Counted from the stretch's first letter, positions 1 to 10,623 are shown. The stretch is 64,000 bases of DNA from Bacteroidia bacterium (GCA_026932145.1 JAIXKT010000009.1:14876-78875), one strand, 5' to 3'. Translations and numbers: made by a program. Notes: generated by a model not told the origin, from the letters alone.

Positions 1-254
1 GCTTGGCCGGGTGCTAAAATTGGTTGCTGCCCCACAACTCCATCTCCAACAATAACGCTATGCTCGCCATACGAATTGACAATCAACCACTTTCTTTTTA
101 CCAACTGTACAGTTCTGCTGGATAAATTTTGAATTTCTATTTTGTAGGCAAATACATATACCTCTTTCTCAACCGAAGATTGGTCTGCAATAAACAGTGT
201 TTGAACAGAAATTTTAATTCCGTTTGTTGTTAAGGAAGAAAGCAACGGCTCCAT
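1..254 (-). CDS. apaG: ApaG-like (DUF525) protein. Only the N-terminal part is present; the gene runs off the left edge.
   Basis: Not in the ORF track because no stop lies in the window. ATG at 254-252 on the minus strand. Translation MEPLLSSLTTNGIKISVQTLFIADQSSVEKEVYVFAYKIEIQNLSSRTVQLVKRKWLIVNSYGEHSVIVGDGVVGQQPILAPGQ fits the ApaG pattern (Y.F.Y.I.I.N, QL..R.W.I, G.GVVG.QP.L.PG). Confidence 0.6.
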   Translation of the reverse strand, partial: MEPLLSSLTTNGIKISVQTLFIADQSSVEKEVYVFAYKIEIQNLSSRTVQLVKRKWLIVNSYGEHSVIVGDGVVGQQPILAPGQ

Positions 255-506
255 AAAATAACTTTTGTTGCAATTTACAATTCTTTTATCAAAAAAGTTA
301 CATTCTTTAAAAATTCAAGCATTATTTTAGGTCGTGGTTTAATAATCAACGGATAAGAAGAATGCCGTGCATCCTGAATCACAGCCAAAAATAAAACGAT
401 AGCCATTTTCTAACCTTTTTCGGGTTTGTTAGTGATTTCTTATTTACGAACTTTGCAGCCTTATTCATCTATTGTGGCGGTTAATAAACTCTTCATAAGC
501 CCTAAC

Positions 507-1961
507 ATGATTTTACCCATTGCCGAGACCGCAGAAAAGTCTTTATGGCAAATTCTAAAAAATATTGGTACTCAATTAAAAACCCCCGTTTATACCGTTG
601 GCGGTTATGTGAGAGATTGGTTACTTGACCGCCCGTGCAAAGATATTGACATTGTGGTATTGGGAAATGGTGTCTCTTTTGCCCAGCATTTTGCTACAGC
701 TATCGGATGCCATGAAATAATTATTTATGAAAACTACGGAACAGCTATGGTTAAAATGGCAGATTATACCATAGAATTTGTCGGTGCGCGCAAAGAAAGC
801 TATAAGCAACATTCTCGGAAACCTATTGTAGAAAACGGAACTTTGTTAGATGACCAATTACGTAGAGACTTTACTATAAATACTTTATCTATATCTCTCA
901 ATCAAGATTCTTTTGGGCAGCTAATAGATCCATTTCATGGAATAGAGGATTTGCGCCAGCGAATAATCCGTACTCCAACAGACCCTTGTATAACTTTTTC
1001 TGACGACCCGCTGAGAATGTTACGGGCAATCCGCTTTGCTTCTACCTTAAACTTCACGATACTTCCCCAAACATTAGAAGCCATTAAGCAATATGCCGGT
1101 CGTATTTCAATTATTTCTTATGAGCGCATTAGCGAAGAGCTAAACAAAATGATTATGGCGGTAAAGCCTTCCGCTGGCTTCAAATTATTATATGAAACCG
1201 GACTTTTGGCACTGATTTTCCCTGAAATGCAGAAACTAAGTGGTGTTGAAGAAATGGAAGGAAAAGCACATAAAGACAATTTTTGGCACACGCTGCAAGT
1301 CCTTGATAATCTGTCTGTTTATTCGGATAATTTGTGGCTACGGTGGGCAGCTATTTTACACGATATTGCTAAACCCCAAACTAAACGTTTTGACTCTAAG
1401 GCAGGTTGGACCTTTCATGGGCACGAAGATAAAGGGGCTAAAATGGTACCCAAAATCTTTACGCGCCTGAAACTTCCCCTAAATGAAAAAATGCGCTATG
1501 TCCAAAAGTTAGTTCAATTACATCTAAGACCCATTGCTCTGGTGGATGACGTTGTTACCGATAGCGCTATTCGTAGATTGGTCGTAGATGCCGGTGATGA
1601 TTTAGAGGACTTAATGAAGCTGTGCCGAGCCGACATCACCACCCGAGATAAACGGAAACTAAATCGCTATTTAGCTAATTTCAAACACGTTGAAGAGAGA
1701 ATTGCCCAAATAACAGAGCGCGACCACCTCCGTAATTGGCAGCCACCAGTAAGCGGAGAAGTTATTATGGAACGCTACAAATTAAACCCCTCTCCTACTG
1801 TAGGACAAATCAAACTGGCAATCCGAAATGTAATCTTAGACGGAATTGTCCCCAATGAATTTCAGGCAGCAATCAACTATTTAGATGAATTAGTGCCGAA
1901 AATTATTGCCAATAATAATGCTACAAAAACTACCGAATCAACATCACATACCCAGACCTAA
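507..1961 (+). CDS. cca: CCA tRNA nucleotidyltransferase / poly(A) polymerase family protein with an HD domain
   Basis: PolyA_pol head (VGGYVRDWLLDRPCKDIDIVV, RRDFTIN), then an HD region (AAILHDIAKP, HGHEDKG). The ORF-track start at 426 is TTG; the ATG at 507 (MILPIAE) is the more likely start. Confidence 0.8.
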   Translation: MILPIAETAEKSLWQILKNIGTQLKTPVYTVGGYVRDWLLDRPCKDIDIVVLGNGVSFAQHFATAIGCHEIIIYENYGTAMVKMADYTIEFVGARKESYKQHSRKPIVENGTLLDDQLRRDFTINTLSISLNQDSFGQLIDPFHGIEDLRQRIIRTPTDPCITFSDDPLRMLRAIRFASTLNFTILPQTLEAIKQYAGRISIISYERISEELNKMIMAVKPSAGFKLLYETGLLALIFPEMQKLSGVEEMEGKAHKDNFWHTLQVLDNLSVYSDNLWLRWAAILHDIAKPQTKRFDSKAGWTFHGHEDKGAKMVPKIFTRLKLPLNEKMRYVQKLVQLHLRPIALVDDVVTDSAIRRLVVDAGDDLEDLMKLCRADITTRDKRKLNRYLANFKHVEERIAQITERDHLRNWQPPVSGEVIMERYKLNPSPTVGQIKLAIRNVILDGIVPNEFQAAINYLDELVPKIIANNNATKTTESTSHTQT

Positions 1962-4176
1962 AATATTCTGTATCAAAGCCTAACAGTCTGTATTTTACGG
2001 TATAGTAAAAAGTAGATTCCGGATAGTTTCCCCCATCCCAAGAAAAATCAGCCGACTTAGTTGCAAAAACGAGTTGTCCATTTCTGTCAAATAATTGAAA
2101 ATCAAATGATTCAGTATTTTGACTCACTATTTGAAAGAAATCGTTATGCCCGTCTCCGTTAGGGCTAAAAGCTGTCGGAATCCATAAATAATGGCAGTTA
2201 CTTTGGATTGTTATTGTATCTATCGAAACACAATTCGGGTCATTCCAAGAAGTGAGGGTGCAAATACCTAATTGGCTCGCTAAAAACCATGAAGTAGATA
2301 CATTGCCGGGCTGCCAGAAATAAAATTTGGCACGCCCAGCTTGAATCAATTGAGTTTCACCGGATTCTGGGCACAAAAAAACAGTGTCCGGAAGATTTAA
2401 CTTGGGAGAAGATACAAACTGTATTTGAATGGTATCCGAACGGCAACAGCTTCCTATACAGGCTTCTACAAAATAACGGCCACTTTGAGAAACCGTAATT
2501 ATCGAATCATGAGAGCCATTAGACCAACGATAACTTGTTGCAGCAGTGTTAGCAGCTAAATCCCATTTAGGTAAATCACAAAAAACAGTATCGTTTCCCA
2601 AGTCAGGTTTTGGCGGCGTGATAAATTGTACCTCCGTTTGAAATGTTTCCTGACAAACTCCGCCACCATAACGTACCAATACTGCATATTTACCCGGTAG
2701 TGTTACTGAAATTTCAGAACTCGTATAACCATCTGACCAGTAATATGTTGCTCCGTTATTTTGAGCATTTAACTTGATTACATCTCCTGTGCAGGCAGTG
2801 TAAACGGGTAAAAAGGGATTTTGAGGATACGGTAAAATAGTGATTTTTTTGGATATAGAATCCTGCGTACCATTGGCCAAAGAAACGATTAATTTGACGG
2901 TAAAAATACCGGTGTCTGGAAATACATACGAAACGGAATCACCACTAAGTATTTGATTATCAGGAAAAGTCCATATTTTACTTTGTGTTGGGATTTTTTG
3001 AGATGCTTTAAAAGTTACCGGTACGCCGGTGCAAGCTACTTCTTTAGCGGTAAAGTTAGCCGGCTTCAAAACCAACCATGATTGTACAAAATTTGGCAGG
3101 CCAAGTCTGCTCAAATAGCTTCCCAAAGGCAATGCTTTATGCTGGAATCGGCATCTATTTCCGGCCACATTTGGCTCATGGATAACATCCAAAGCATATT
3201 GGCCATCTATGGCTAAGTAAATTTTGCCGTCTAAACCAAACTGCATATCTCCGGCAGGATATTCTGGATAAAAGGTTGGGTCAGAATAACTACCTATTAA
3301 TGAGGGTGTTGAATTAGGTAATTTTATTTGAAAAATTTGATTTACTCGTGTTCCACCTTGTGCGTAGTAATATCCAGAAACATATACCAAATTACCGTCC
3401 GGCGAAAATGCTATGCCATAGGGGTTGCGAATTGTGGTAACTGTTTTGCGAAAAGTTACTTGGCCCGTAGTGGTATTAAAGTCAAAAATATCAAAAGCGT
3501 CATCATCAGGGCGAGTTAAAACAAGATAATTTCCTATTGGTGAAACCTTAGCAACTCCTGTGCCATTGCGGGGTGTTCCGATATGGATAGCCCCTACTTG
3601 CTGGGAGTCTATACTCACTAAGCCGGTTTCTGTGAGTTTACAGATAATAAATGTGTTAGATGCCCAGCGATGCCCCAGAATCCAGTAAGACTTTTTATCA
3701 GAATGAAGTACTGCGGTTAGTTTTTCGGTCATTCTATAAGCCAAAACTTGTTTTGAAATCAATGTTCCCTGCCCGTTATGAGCTGATAAATCCAGTATAG
3801 CTACGGAAAAATTACCCGTTGTTCGCTGGTTTGTAAATAGATAAACCTCGTTGTTGGATTTGGGTTTTGGGATTAATAATGCCGGTTGAGATGCCGTTGG
3901 GTCTCCGCCGATGTTTGTTCCGTTAATGAGTAGTTGGTGATTTTGGTTCCAAACTTGGTATCCGTTAGAGTAGCAGCGTAGCTGGCCGGTGGAATCAGAG
4001 AGGGCGGAGCAGCCGCCAGGTGCGCCCAAGCGACTTCCTACCTCTATTTGCGGATTTCCTGAATAAAATGAAAGCCCTGCGCCATTCCCAAAAAACCAAT
4101 GCGTAGCCTCTAATTGTGCTAAAACTTTAACCGAAATTAACCCCAAACAAACTACAAGAGCGATAAAAATTCGCAT
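1930..4176 (-). CDS. Secreted multidomain protein with a T9SS type B (gliding-motility-associated) C-terminal domain
   Basis: Signal peptide MRIFIALVVCLGLISVKVLAQ. The C-terminal motif WIPTAFSPNGDGHNDFFQI is typical of the type B sorting domain. PKD/Ig-like middle region. Its 3' end overlaps cca by 32 nt. Confidence 0.75.
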   Translation of the reverse strand: MRIFIALVVCLGLISVKVLAQLEATHWFFGNGAGLSFYSGNPQIEVGSRLGAPGGCSALSDSTGQLRCYSNGYQVWNQNHQLLINGTNIGGDPTASQPALLIPKPKSNNEVYLFTNQRTTGNFSVAILDLSAHNGQGTLISKQVLAYRMTEKLTAVLHSDKKSYWILGHRWASNTFIICKLTETGLVSIDSQQVGAIHIGTPRNGTGVAKVSPIGNYLVLTRPDDDAFDIFDFNTTTGQVTFRKTVTTIRNPYGIAFSPDGNLVYVSGYYYAQGGTRVNQIFQIKLPNSTPSLIGSYSDPTFYPEYPAGDMQFGLDGKIYLAIDGQYALDVIHEPNVAGNRCRFQHKALPLGSYLSRLGLPNFVQSWLVLKPANFTAKEVACTGVPVTFKASQKIPTQSKIWTFPDNQILSGDSVSYVFPDTGIFTVKLIVSLANGTQDSISKKITILPYPQNPFLPVYTACTGDVIKLNAQNNGATYYWSDGYTSSEISVTLPGKYAVLVRYGGGVCQETFQTEVQFITPPKPDLGNDTVFCDLPKWDLAANTAATSYRWSNGSHDSIITVSQSGRYFVEACIGSCCRSDTIQIQFVSSPKLNLPDTVFLCPESGETQLIQAGRAKFYFWQPGNVSTSWFLASQLGICTLTSWNDPNCVSIDTITIQSNCHYLWIPTAFSPNGDGHNDFFQIVSQNTESFDFQLFDRNGQLVFATKSADFSWDGGNYPESTFYYTVKYRLLGFDTEYFRSGYVMLIR

Positions 4177-4240
4177 TATTCTAAGTTAATAGTTTGTAAT
4201 CAATTAAATAAAAATTAAATCTCAGCTTGTTAGCTTATTT

Positions 4241-5854
4241 TTACTCAATACTTCCGCCGATTAGTTCAACTTCAAGGGTCTTAACGTCCGGGCCGGTAGC
4301 AACTTTTTGTTTTATTATTTTTTTGCTTTTAGGTGCCAGCTCAATGGTTATTTTTTCTTCTGACCGATGAACCTGTTTTCCCTGTTTGTTGTAATGTTTG
4401 AACCGAAAAGTTGCCGTTTTTATCTTTTGAGTACCTGTATTTTCCAGTGAAAGTTCAGAGATAAAGTCTCCAATGAGATTTTTTCGGTTATTAACATTCC
4501 ATGTTAAAGTTTTAAGTATCGTAATGTCCTGATTTTCAGATGTCGTAAGCGTTGTTTGGGATTCCTGTTTGTTTGTAGTTTCGTGCTGCCCATTTTCTTT
4601 GGGTTTTTCCTTAGGTTTATTATTGGTGGTAGGATAAGTTGTTTTGGGAACCGGTTGGGTAGGCTTAGAAGTATTTTTAGGTTGGAGAGTGTCTGCCGAA
4701 CTTTGAGCATTAGAGTCCATAGCATTTATCGAGCTATTGGCCAAAGAATCTTGACTTATTTCTGTGTCAGAAGAACTTGGCTGAGGCCAAAAGGCAAAGT
4801 AAGCTACAATGGCCACAATAGTTATGCCGATAATACCTAAGATGACGCTAAATGGAGAGGTAGATTTTAATGGTGTATTTGGTTTATTAGAATACGGTTC
4901 AGTAATATTTTGTTGGGATTTTGTAGGAATCTTAGGCGAATTAGCCGTTTGTGGGAGTTCTAATTCTATGTCAAACTCCGGTTTGGCTGTTTTGGGTTCT
5001 TGGGTATGGGATTTTGGCTGTGTTTTATGTTGTAAATACGTTTCTAAGGCATTTTTAAAGTCATTACAACTTGGATAACGTGATTCTGGGTCTTTGGCTA
5101 AAGCGGTTTCTAAAATCATGCATAGTTCTTTTGATATTTCGCTATCTTCGCTTTGCGTATCTATCAGCGGTTCATTAACAATTTTTAGGGTAATATCGTA
5201 TTCACTAAGGTGCTGATAATCATAAGGTTCATTTCCGGTTAGCATTTGATAGAGGGTTACGCCTAATGAGTATATGTCGCTACGGTAATCAATTGCTGCC
5301 CCTCGAATTTGTTCTGGACTCATATAGAGCAACGTTCCGAGTTTCATGCCGGTTTTGGTTAGGTTTTTTCCGTCATTATCAACCAATTTAGCAATTCCAA
5401 AATCTAAAATTTTGACTTCGTTCGTATTGGAAACCATGATGTTAGCGGGTTTAATATCGCGGTGTATTACTCCTTTGGAATGGGCATAGTTAAATCCCTC
5501 TAAAATCTTAGAAAAATAATGAATAACGATTTCTTCTGGAAGCCTACCATTTTGAGGAGAAATAATGTTGTCTAATGTTTCTCCCTCAACGTATTCCATA
5601 ATTAAAAACAAGCCTTCCGGCGTTTCGGCATAATCGTATAAAGTAACGATTGTTGGATGAGATAATCCCGCCAATGTTAATGCTTCAGCTTTAAATCGCT
5701 CTATAAGGTGCTTATTTTTAAGTAGATGCGGGCTTAGTTGTTTAATTGCTACATAACGCTCTAATTGGTTATGTTTTGCAAGATACACCTCTCCCATGCC
5801 TCCTTCTCCCAGAGAACGTATAATGGTATAATTCAACACCTGCATAGACTGCAA
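4241..5854 (-). CDS. Hanks-type Ser/Thr protein kinase with one TM helix and an extracytoplasmic C-terminal domain
   Basis: GEGGMGEVYLAKH ... VAIK, HRDIKPANIM, DFGIAK, SPEQ. TM segment FSVILGIIGITIVAIVAYFAFW, a low-complexity linker, then a ~100 aa C-terminal domain. Confidence 0.85.
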   Translation of the reverse strand: MQSMQVLNYTIIRSLGEGGMGEVYLAKHNQLERYVAIKQLSPHLLKNKHLIERFKAEALTLAGLSHPTIVTLYDYAETPEGLFLIMEYVEGETLDNIISPQNGRLPEEIVIHYFSKILEGFNYAHSKGVIHRDIKPANIMVSNTNEVKILDFGIAKLVDNDGKNLTKTGMKLGTLLYMSPEQIRGAAIDYRSDIYSLGVTLYQMLTGNEPYDYQHLSEYDITLKIVNEPLIDTQSEDSEISKELCMILETALAKDPESRYPSCNDFKNALETYLQHKTQPKSHTQEPKTAKPEFDIELELPQTANSPKIPTKSQQNITEPYSNKPNTPLKSTSPFSVILGIIGITIVAIVAYFAFWPQPSSSDTEISQDSLANSSINAMDSNAQSSADTLQPKNTSKPTQPVPKTTYPTTNNKPKEKPKENGQHETTNKQESQTTLTTSENQDITILKTLTWNVNNRKNLIGDFISELSLENTGTQKIKTATFRFKHYNKQGKQVHRSEEKITIELAPKSKKIIKQKVATGPDVKTLEVELIGGSIE

Positions 5855-5940
5855 AATAACAAATTTTCAAAAGTCGAAAAAAAAATACGTCTTTGGAAAT
5901 ATCATTATTTCAAAAGATTCGGTACTTATTTTGATTAATT

Positions 5941-7911
5941 CTACGGAAAATACCATTTTCCTTGAATAGTTAAATTCTTAACTGCCTGTGTATAAGCTAT
6001 TAAATCTTTTTCGCCTTCTTTTCGTGCTGGCTGAATCCGGCTATCGTCCCTACCAACGGAAACCCAGTTAATAACATTGCCGGGTTTGGCTTTAAAACCG
6101 TATTCATAATATCCATTAAAGTTACTGGCAATAAAAGTAGAATCTTGTATCCACGTATAGATTTCATCTAATCGGGTGAGTGCAAATGACTTAGTGGAAT
6201 CTAAGAGCGAAGGAGCAATACTGCTGTGTTCTGTTTTTAGGCGCAATAGCTCAATAATAGTGGGCAAGATTGCGGCATGGCAGCCAACGTTATTGGCAAT
6301 ACCGGGTTTTATATGCTTAGGTGCGTATAACAACAAAGGCACATGATTAAAATCAGGGAGCCTTCTATCTTGAACCCATTCTTCACTAAAACAGTGATCT
6401 GCCGTAATCACAAAAATAGTGTTCTCAAAAGCCGGCGTTTTACTAAAACTTTGAAAGAATTTACCTAATGATAAATCACTATACATCAGAGTTTTATACT
6501 GCTGATGTATATTTTTTTGCTGAATAAACTCATATCCGGTATCAGGCAGTTTGTATGGATGATGATTCGATAAGGTAAACAAAACCGAGAAAAAAGGCTG
6601 TTGAATTTTATTTAGATATTCTGACCAGAATAAGAAAAATGGTTCATCATAGATACCCCAAGTGCCGTCATAATCTCGGGTACGATATTTTGCTGGATAT
6701 TGGCTTAATCCGATGTAATGTTTTATTCCGGATATTCGGGCATAGCTATCAAAACCCATTGAGCCATTTTGAGCACCATGAAAAAACGAGGTGTGGTATC
6801 CGCGTTTTTGTAAAATTCTGCCTAAGCCCATTACAGGAGCGGTTTCTACCTCAGAAGCAATTATTGAATGCTGCATCACGTGCGGCTGACCGTTTAGGAT
6901 AGCCGGCACTGCCTCCATAGAACGAGTAGCATTCGCATAAAAATGAGTGAATAACAGCCCTTTTTGAGCCAAGGTATCAAAGTTTGGCGTAAAACTGTGT
7001 TCTAAACTACTTCCATTCAAGCAACCGACAAAATCTCCCGTAAAACTTTCTAAAATAATAATAACAACATTTAGTTTTTTTTCGGGTTCTACAAAATTTG
7101 TAGTGCGTAAAAAAGAATATTCTTCAGATTCAAAGTCATTATCAAATTTATTTTTACAGAGTTTTCGGGTCTGCTTGATAGCTTCCTTTTCAGGAATAAT
7201 AGCCAATAATTGTTCTTTTTCTGAAGAAAAGCTACTGGCTATTGAATAGGGAGTGTTCAAGGTTAGGTAGCCGATAGCCCGATTTTCAGCAAAAAAAGCC
7301 ATTGCCGGCCGCAGTGGTTTTATCTGAATCCCTCCCCGAACTCCAATAACAAACAAACAAAATAATATGCTGGGAATCAACCAAGTAAATCGTTTGTATC
7401 TATAGAGAGGCGCATTTTGGAGTAACTTAGCACTTGACTTTTGCAGCAACCAATAAAAACTATACATAAAAACGGCAGCGATAACGCTTAGCGGCCAATA
7501 GTCCTGCACTCCTTTCCACCAAAAGTTCATAATATCCCGCACCATACCGGTTAGCTCGTAAGTCAGCCGTTTAGAACTAAACCCAAAGTGCGCAATATCA
7601 ATCAAGTTAAGGGCTATCGCAGGTAATAAGGTAATTAAAAACAAAAAATTAGCGGCCTTATGCCAACGCTGAATTTGTAATGGCAATATTGGCAGTGATA
7701 ATAAGAGAAATAACCACCCAGAAGAAAGAATGATTACCGGTAAATCAAACCGAATACCGTAAAGAAATGCTAATAATATATCTGCAATATTTGACTGAGA
7801 AAAATGATTGTAATGATATATAAAAAAAGTTAATCTCAATAATTCATTGAATATCAATGAAATAGTTAAGTATAAAAAAACAAACCGAATATTTCCCGGT
7901 AAATATTTCAT
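5941..7911 (-). CDS. LTA synthase family / sulfatase-like membrane phosphotransferase
   Basis: N-terminal multi-TM region plus an alkaline-phosphatase-superfamily domain (NVVIIILESFTGDF, LSNHHPY, ITADH). Confidence 0.7.
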   Translation of the reverse strand: MKYLPGNIRFVFLYLTISLIFNELLRLTFFIYHYNHFSQSNIADILLAFLYGIRFDLPVIILSSGWLFLLLSLPILPLQIQRWHKAANFLFLITLLPAIALNLIDIAHFGFSSKRLTYELTGMVRDIMNFWWKGVQDYWPLSVIAAVFMYSFYWLLQKSSAKLLQNAPLYRYKRFTWLIPSILFCLFVIGVRGGIQIKPLRPAMAFFAENRAIGYLTLNTPYSIASSFSSEKEQLLAIIPEKEAIKQTRKLCKNKFDNDFESEEYSFLRTTNFVEPEKKLNVVIIILESFTGDFVGCLNGSSLEHSFTPNFDTLAQKGLLFTHFYANATRSMEAVPAILNGQPHVMQHSIIASEVETAPVMGLGRILQKRGYHTSFFHGAQNGSMGFDSYARISGIKHYIGLSQYPAKYRTRDYDGTWGIYDEPFFLFWSEYLNKIQQPFFSVLFTLSNHHPYKLPDTGYEFIQQKNIHQQYKTLMYSDLSLGKFFQSFSKTPAFENTIFVITADHCFSEEWVQDRRLPDFNHVPLLLYAPKHIKPGIANNVGCHAAILPTIIELLRLKTEHSSIAPSLLDSTKSFALTRLDEIYTWIQDSTFIASNFNGYYEYGFKAKPGNVINWVSVGRDDSRIQPARKEGEKDLIAYTQAVKNLTIQGKWYFP

Positions 7912-7920
7912 ACAAGGAGG

Positions 7921-9303
7921 TTAATAACCCAGAATTTTTAACGCTTGTTTACTATTTTGTTCTTCTGTAAAAATCTCATAATTAAGTGTTTCATCTCTAT
8001 TTTTAGAGATGAGTACATATCTTGGTGTTGGAATCAAGCAATGGTGGATACCGCCGATTCCGCTTAAATTTTCCTGATAAGCTCCGGTATGAAAAAATCC
8101 TAAGTACTGTACTTTTCGGGTACGGGGAAGATACAGCGCGTTGATATGGGCTTCTTGATTATAGTAGTCTTGGGAGTCGCAGGTAATTCCCCCTAAGTTA
8201 ACACGCTCATATTCAGCGTCCCAGTTGTTAATAGGGAGTAAAACAAATCGTTGGTTTAATGCCCAAATATCCGGCAACATCGTAATCAGGCTGCCATCTA
8301 ACATCAACCATTTTTCTCTGTCATTTTGCTGTTTACGGGCTAACACTTTGTAAAGCAAGCCGGAACTTTCGGCTACGGTAAAACTGCCAAATTCGGTAAC
8401 TAAATCCGGCTCGATAACATCATGCTCCGCACAAATCTCTTTAATCCTACCCACAATCTCAGTTATCATGTATTCATAATCATAGTTGAAGTTTAAAGAG
8501 TTTTTGAAAGGCAAGCCGCCTCCAATATCCAGCATCGTTAAATCTGGATTTACTTTTTTAAACTTACAATACAAGGTAACGTGCCTTTCTAACTCATTCC
8601 AATAATACGGCGTATCATGGATACCTGAACTGATAAAAAAATGCAGCATTACAACCTTAAAATTCGGGGAATCTTTGATTTTATGTGTCCAGAAGTCTAT
8701 GATTTCGTCATAACGAACCCCCAAGCGGCTGGTATAAAAGTCAAAATCCGGCTTCTCTTCTGATGAAATCCGAATCCCTAATTTACAAGGAACTTCTAAT
8801 TCGTTCTGATAAAAATAAAATTCCTCTTTGTTATCTAAAATCGGGATGATATTGCAGAAGCCGTCATGGAGCATATCAACAATATGCTGTTTGTAAAGGT
8901 CTCGTTTAAAGCCATTACAAATGATCATAACTTCTTTTTTGACTAAGCCTTTTTTTTCTAAGGCTTCAATAATGGGCATATCAAATGCCGAAGAAGTTTC
9001 TAAATGAATGCCATTTTTCAATGCTTCTTCCAAAACGTGCCTGAAATGTGAACTCTTGGTGCAATAAGCATAGGTATAAGAGCCTCTGTAATTATTTTTC
9101 AACCTTGCCTGCTCAAAATACAGCTTAGCTTGCTGAATCTTCTTAGAAATTAATGGTAAAAAAGTGAACCGCAACGGAGTTCCATAAGTTTCTATTAACT
9201 CCATTAGGTTGATGTCATGAAAATAGAGCTCATCATCAATCACTTCAAAGCCTTCTTGCGGAAAACCTACACTTAAATCTAAAAACTCATGGTAGCTTTG
9301 CAT
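7921..9303 (-). CDS. speA: Fold-type III PLP-dependent decarboxylase, arginine decarboxylase-like
   Basis: Orn/DAP/Arg decarboxylase-like layout (YAYCTKSS lysine region, DIGGGLP, GAYQE). The ATG at 9303 (MQSYHEF) is preferred over the ORF-track start at 9363. Confidence 0.6.
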   Translation of the reverse strand: MQSYHEFLDLSVGFPQEGFEVIDDELYFHDINLMELIETYGTPLRFTFLPLISKKIQQAKLYFEQARLKNNYRGSYTYAYCTKSSHFRHVLEEALKNGIHLETSSAFDMPIIEALEKKGLVKKEVMIICNGFKRDLYKQHIVDMLHDGFCNIIPILDNKEEFYFYQNELEVPCKLGIRISSEEKPDFDFYTSRLGVRYDEIIDFWTHKIKDSPNFKVVMLHFFISSGIHDTPYYWNELERHVTLYCKFKKVNPDLTMLDIGGGLPFKNSLNFNYDYEYMITEIVGRIKEICAEHDVIEPDLVTEFGSFTVAESSGLLYKVLARKQQNDREKWLMLDGSLITMLPDIWALNQRFVLLPINNWDAEYERVNLGGITCDSQDYYNQEAHINALYLPRTRKVQYLGFFHTGAYQENLSGIGGIHHCLIPTPRYVLISKNRDETLNYEIFTEEQNSKQALKILGY

Positions 9304-9588
9304 GGGTATTTTTTCAAAATAACCCGCGAATATCGTTATTTTGAATTTACTGAAACATCTCAAATAAAACTTAACTGCTGATATTGCTTAAAATTAAAGC
9401 TGAAATTCAGAAAAGGTACTAAAAAACTATAAAATAAAAAACATAAATAGCTTATTAAAAGCTAATTATGAATTTATTTTTCAGCAGAATTATCTGTTTT
9501 TTTAATCAATATTTCAACAACGAAGTCATCGTTTTATGTTTTCTGGCTATAAGCCAATAGCTATCTTTTTGATTTACTTAGACTGATG

Positions 9589-10476
9589 CTAAGGTTGGTT
9601 TTGAAAACTGTTTTTTAATAACAAAGTAACACAGGATGATAACACAAAAGGAAATGTAAGTTGAATGACTTCAAACTTCATCATTATCAAGCTAATAGCA
9701 AGTGAAAGTAATATAGAAATCAATACCCAAATTCCGTCTTTCAGTAAATTGCCTGCAAACACAATAGCACATAATACTGCATTGTAGCTAAATAATCCAA
9801 GAGCTATGCTTTCGGTCGGGAGGGAAAACTGGTTTGCTAAAATCGCAGATAATACAGCACCTGCAAGCCCATACAAGGCTGAAATTGGGGAACTAACAAA
9901 TACGGCCATGAAGAATATCGCTCCCGAAATGAGGTTTTCTTGAAAAATAACTTGGCCAAATCCTCTAACTGCAAAAGTAAAACTGTCGCCTGCCGAAACT
10001 ACTAATACCGATGTTCCTGATACTAAATCCGGAAAATAATGTTGGGCTATGTAAAATATCAACCACGTTACCAAAACAAATGGTAGTGTGAATACCGGAA
10101 TCCTCCGTATAATAAAAAATTGCTGAATTATTGTAGCTAAAAGAGAACCGATTATGACTATAATCCAACTCATCAACATAGGCTTAAAAAACAATGCAAT
10201 GGCAGCACCCACTAATGCAGCATTGAACACATAAAGTCCTTTATTAGACTCAACTTCACCATAGCTAAATATTTTACTTGTAATTATCCCACATAAACTT
10301 GCCAAAATGGCCATAAATCCCATTGTGGGAAAACCATAGAAAATACCAACTATAAACAGAAAACCTGTAAGGGCATTTTCCTGAAGCATTATTTGCCCAA
10401 ATCCTTTTAACATTGTGGTAGTCAATGCAGAGTAATTTATGAATAGATTCTTTTTGCTTATCCTGATGTTTTTCAT
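9589..10476 (-). CDS. Urea transporter (UT family)
   Basis: About 10 TM helices with an internally duplicated signature, GFGQIMLQENALTG and GFGQVIFQENLISG, as expected for the two-fold pseudo-symmetric UT fold. Confidence 0.7.
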   Translation of the reverse strand: MKNIRISKKNLFINYSALTTTMLKGFGQIMLQENALTGFLFIVGIFYGFPTMGFMAILASLCGIITSKIFSYGEVESNKGLYVFNAALVGAAIALFFKPMLMSWIIVIIGSLLATIIQQFFIIRRIPVFTLPFVLVTWLIFYIAQHYFPDLVSGTSVLVVSAGDSFTFAVRGFGQVIFQENLISGAIFFMAVFVSSPISALYGLAGAVLSAILANQFSLPTESIALGLFSYNAVLCAIVFAGNLLKDGIWVLISILLSLAISLIMMKFEVIQLTFPFVLSSCVTLLLKNSFQNQP

Positions 10477-10579
10477 GATGAACTGGTTTTTATCTATGGT
10501 CTATCGCTAAAGTTGTTATTCGTTGTAAAATACTTTAATGGTGCTAAAATACTCTAAACTTCAAGATTTGGGCTATGTT

Positions 10580-10623
10580 ATAAACCACAAAAGAGGGACA
10601 AAAATCCCTCTTTTGTGGTTTAT
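10580..10623 (-). terminator. Intrinsic terminator hairpin downstream of the 10637-11821 gene
   Basis: Perfect 19 bp stem, ataaaccacaaaagaggga / tccctcttttgtggtttat, with a 6 nt loop. Confidence 0.6.
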
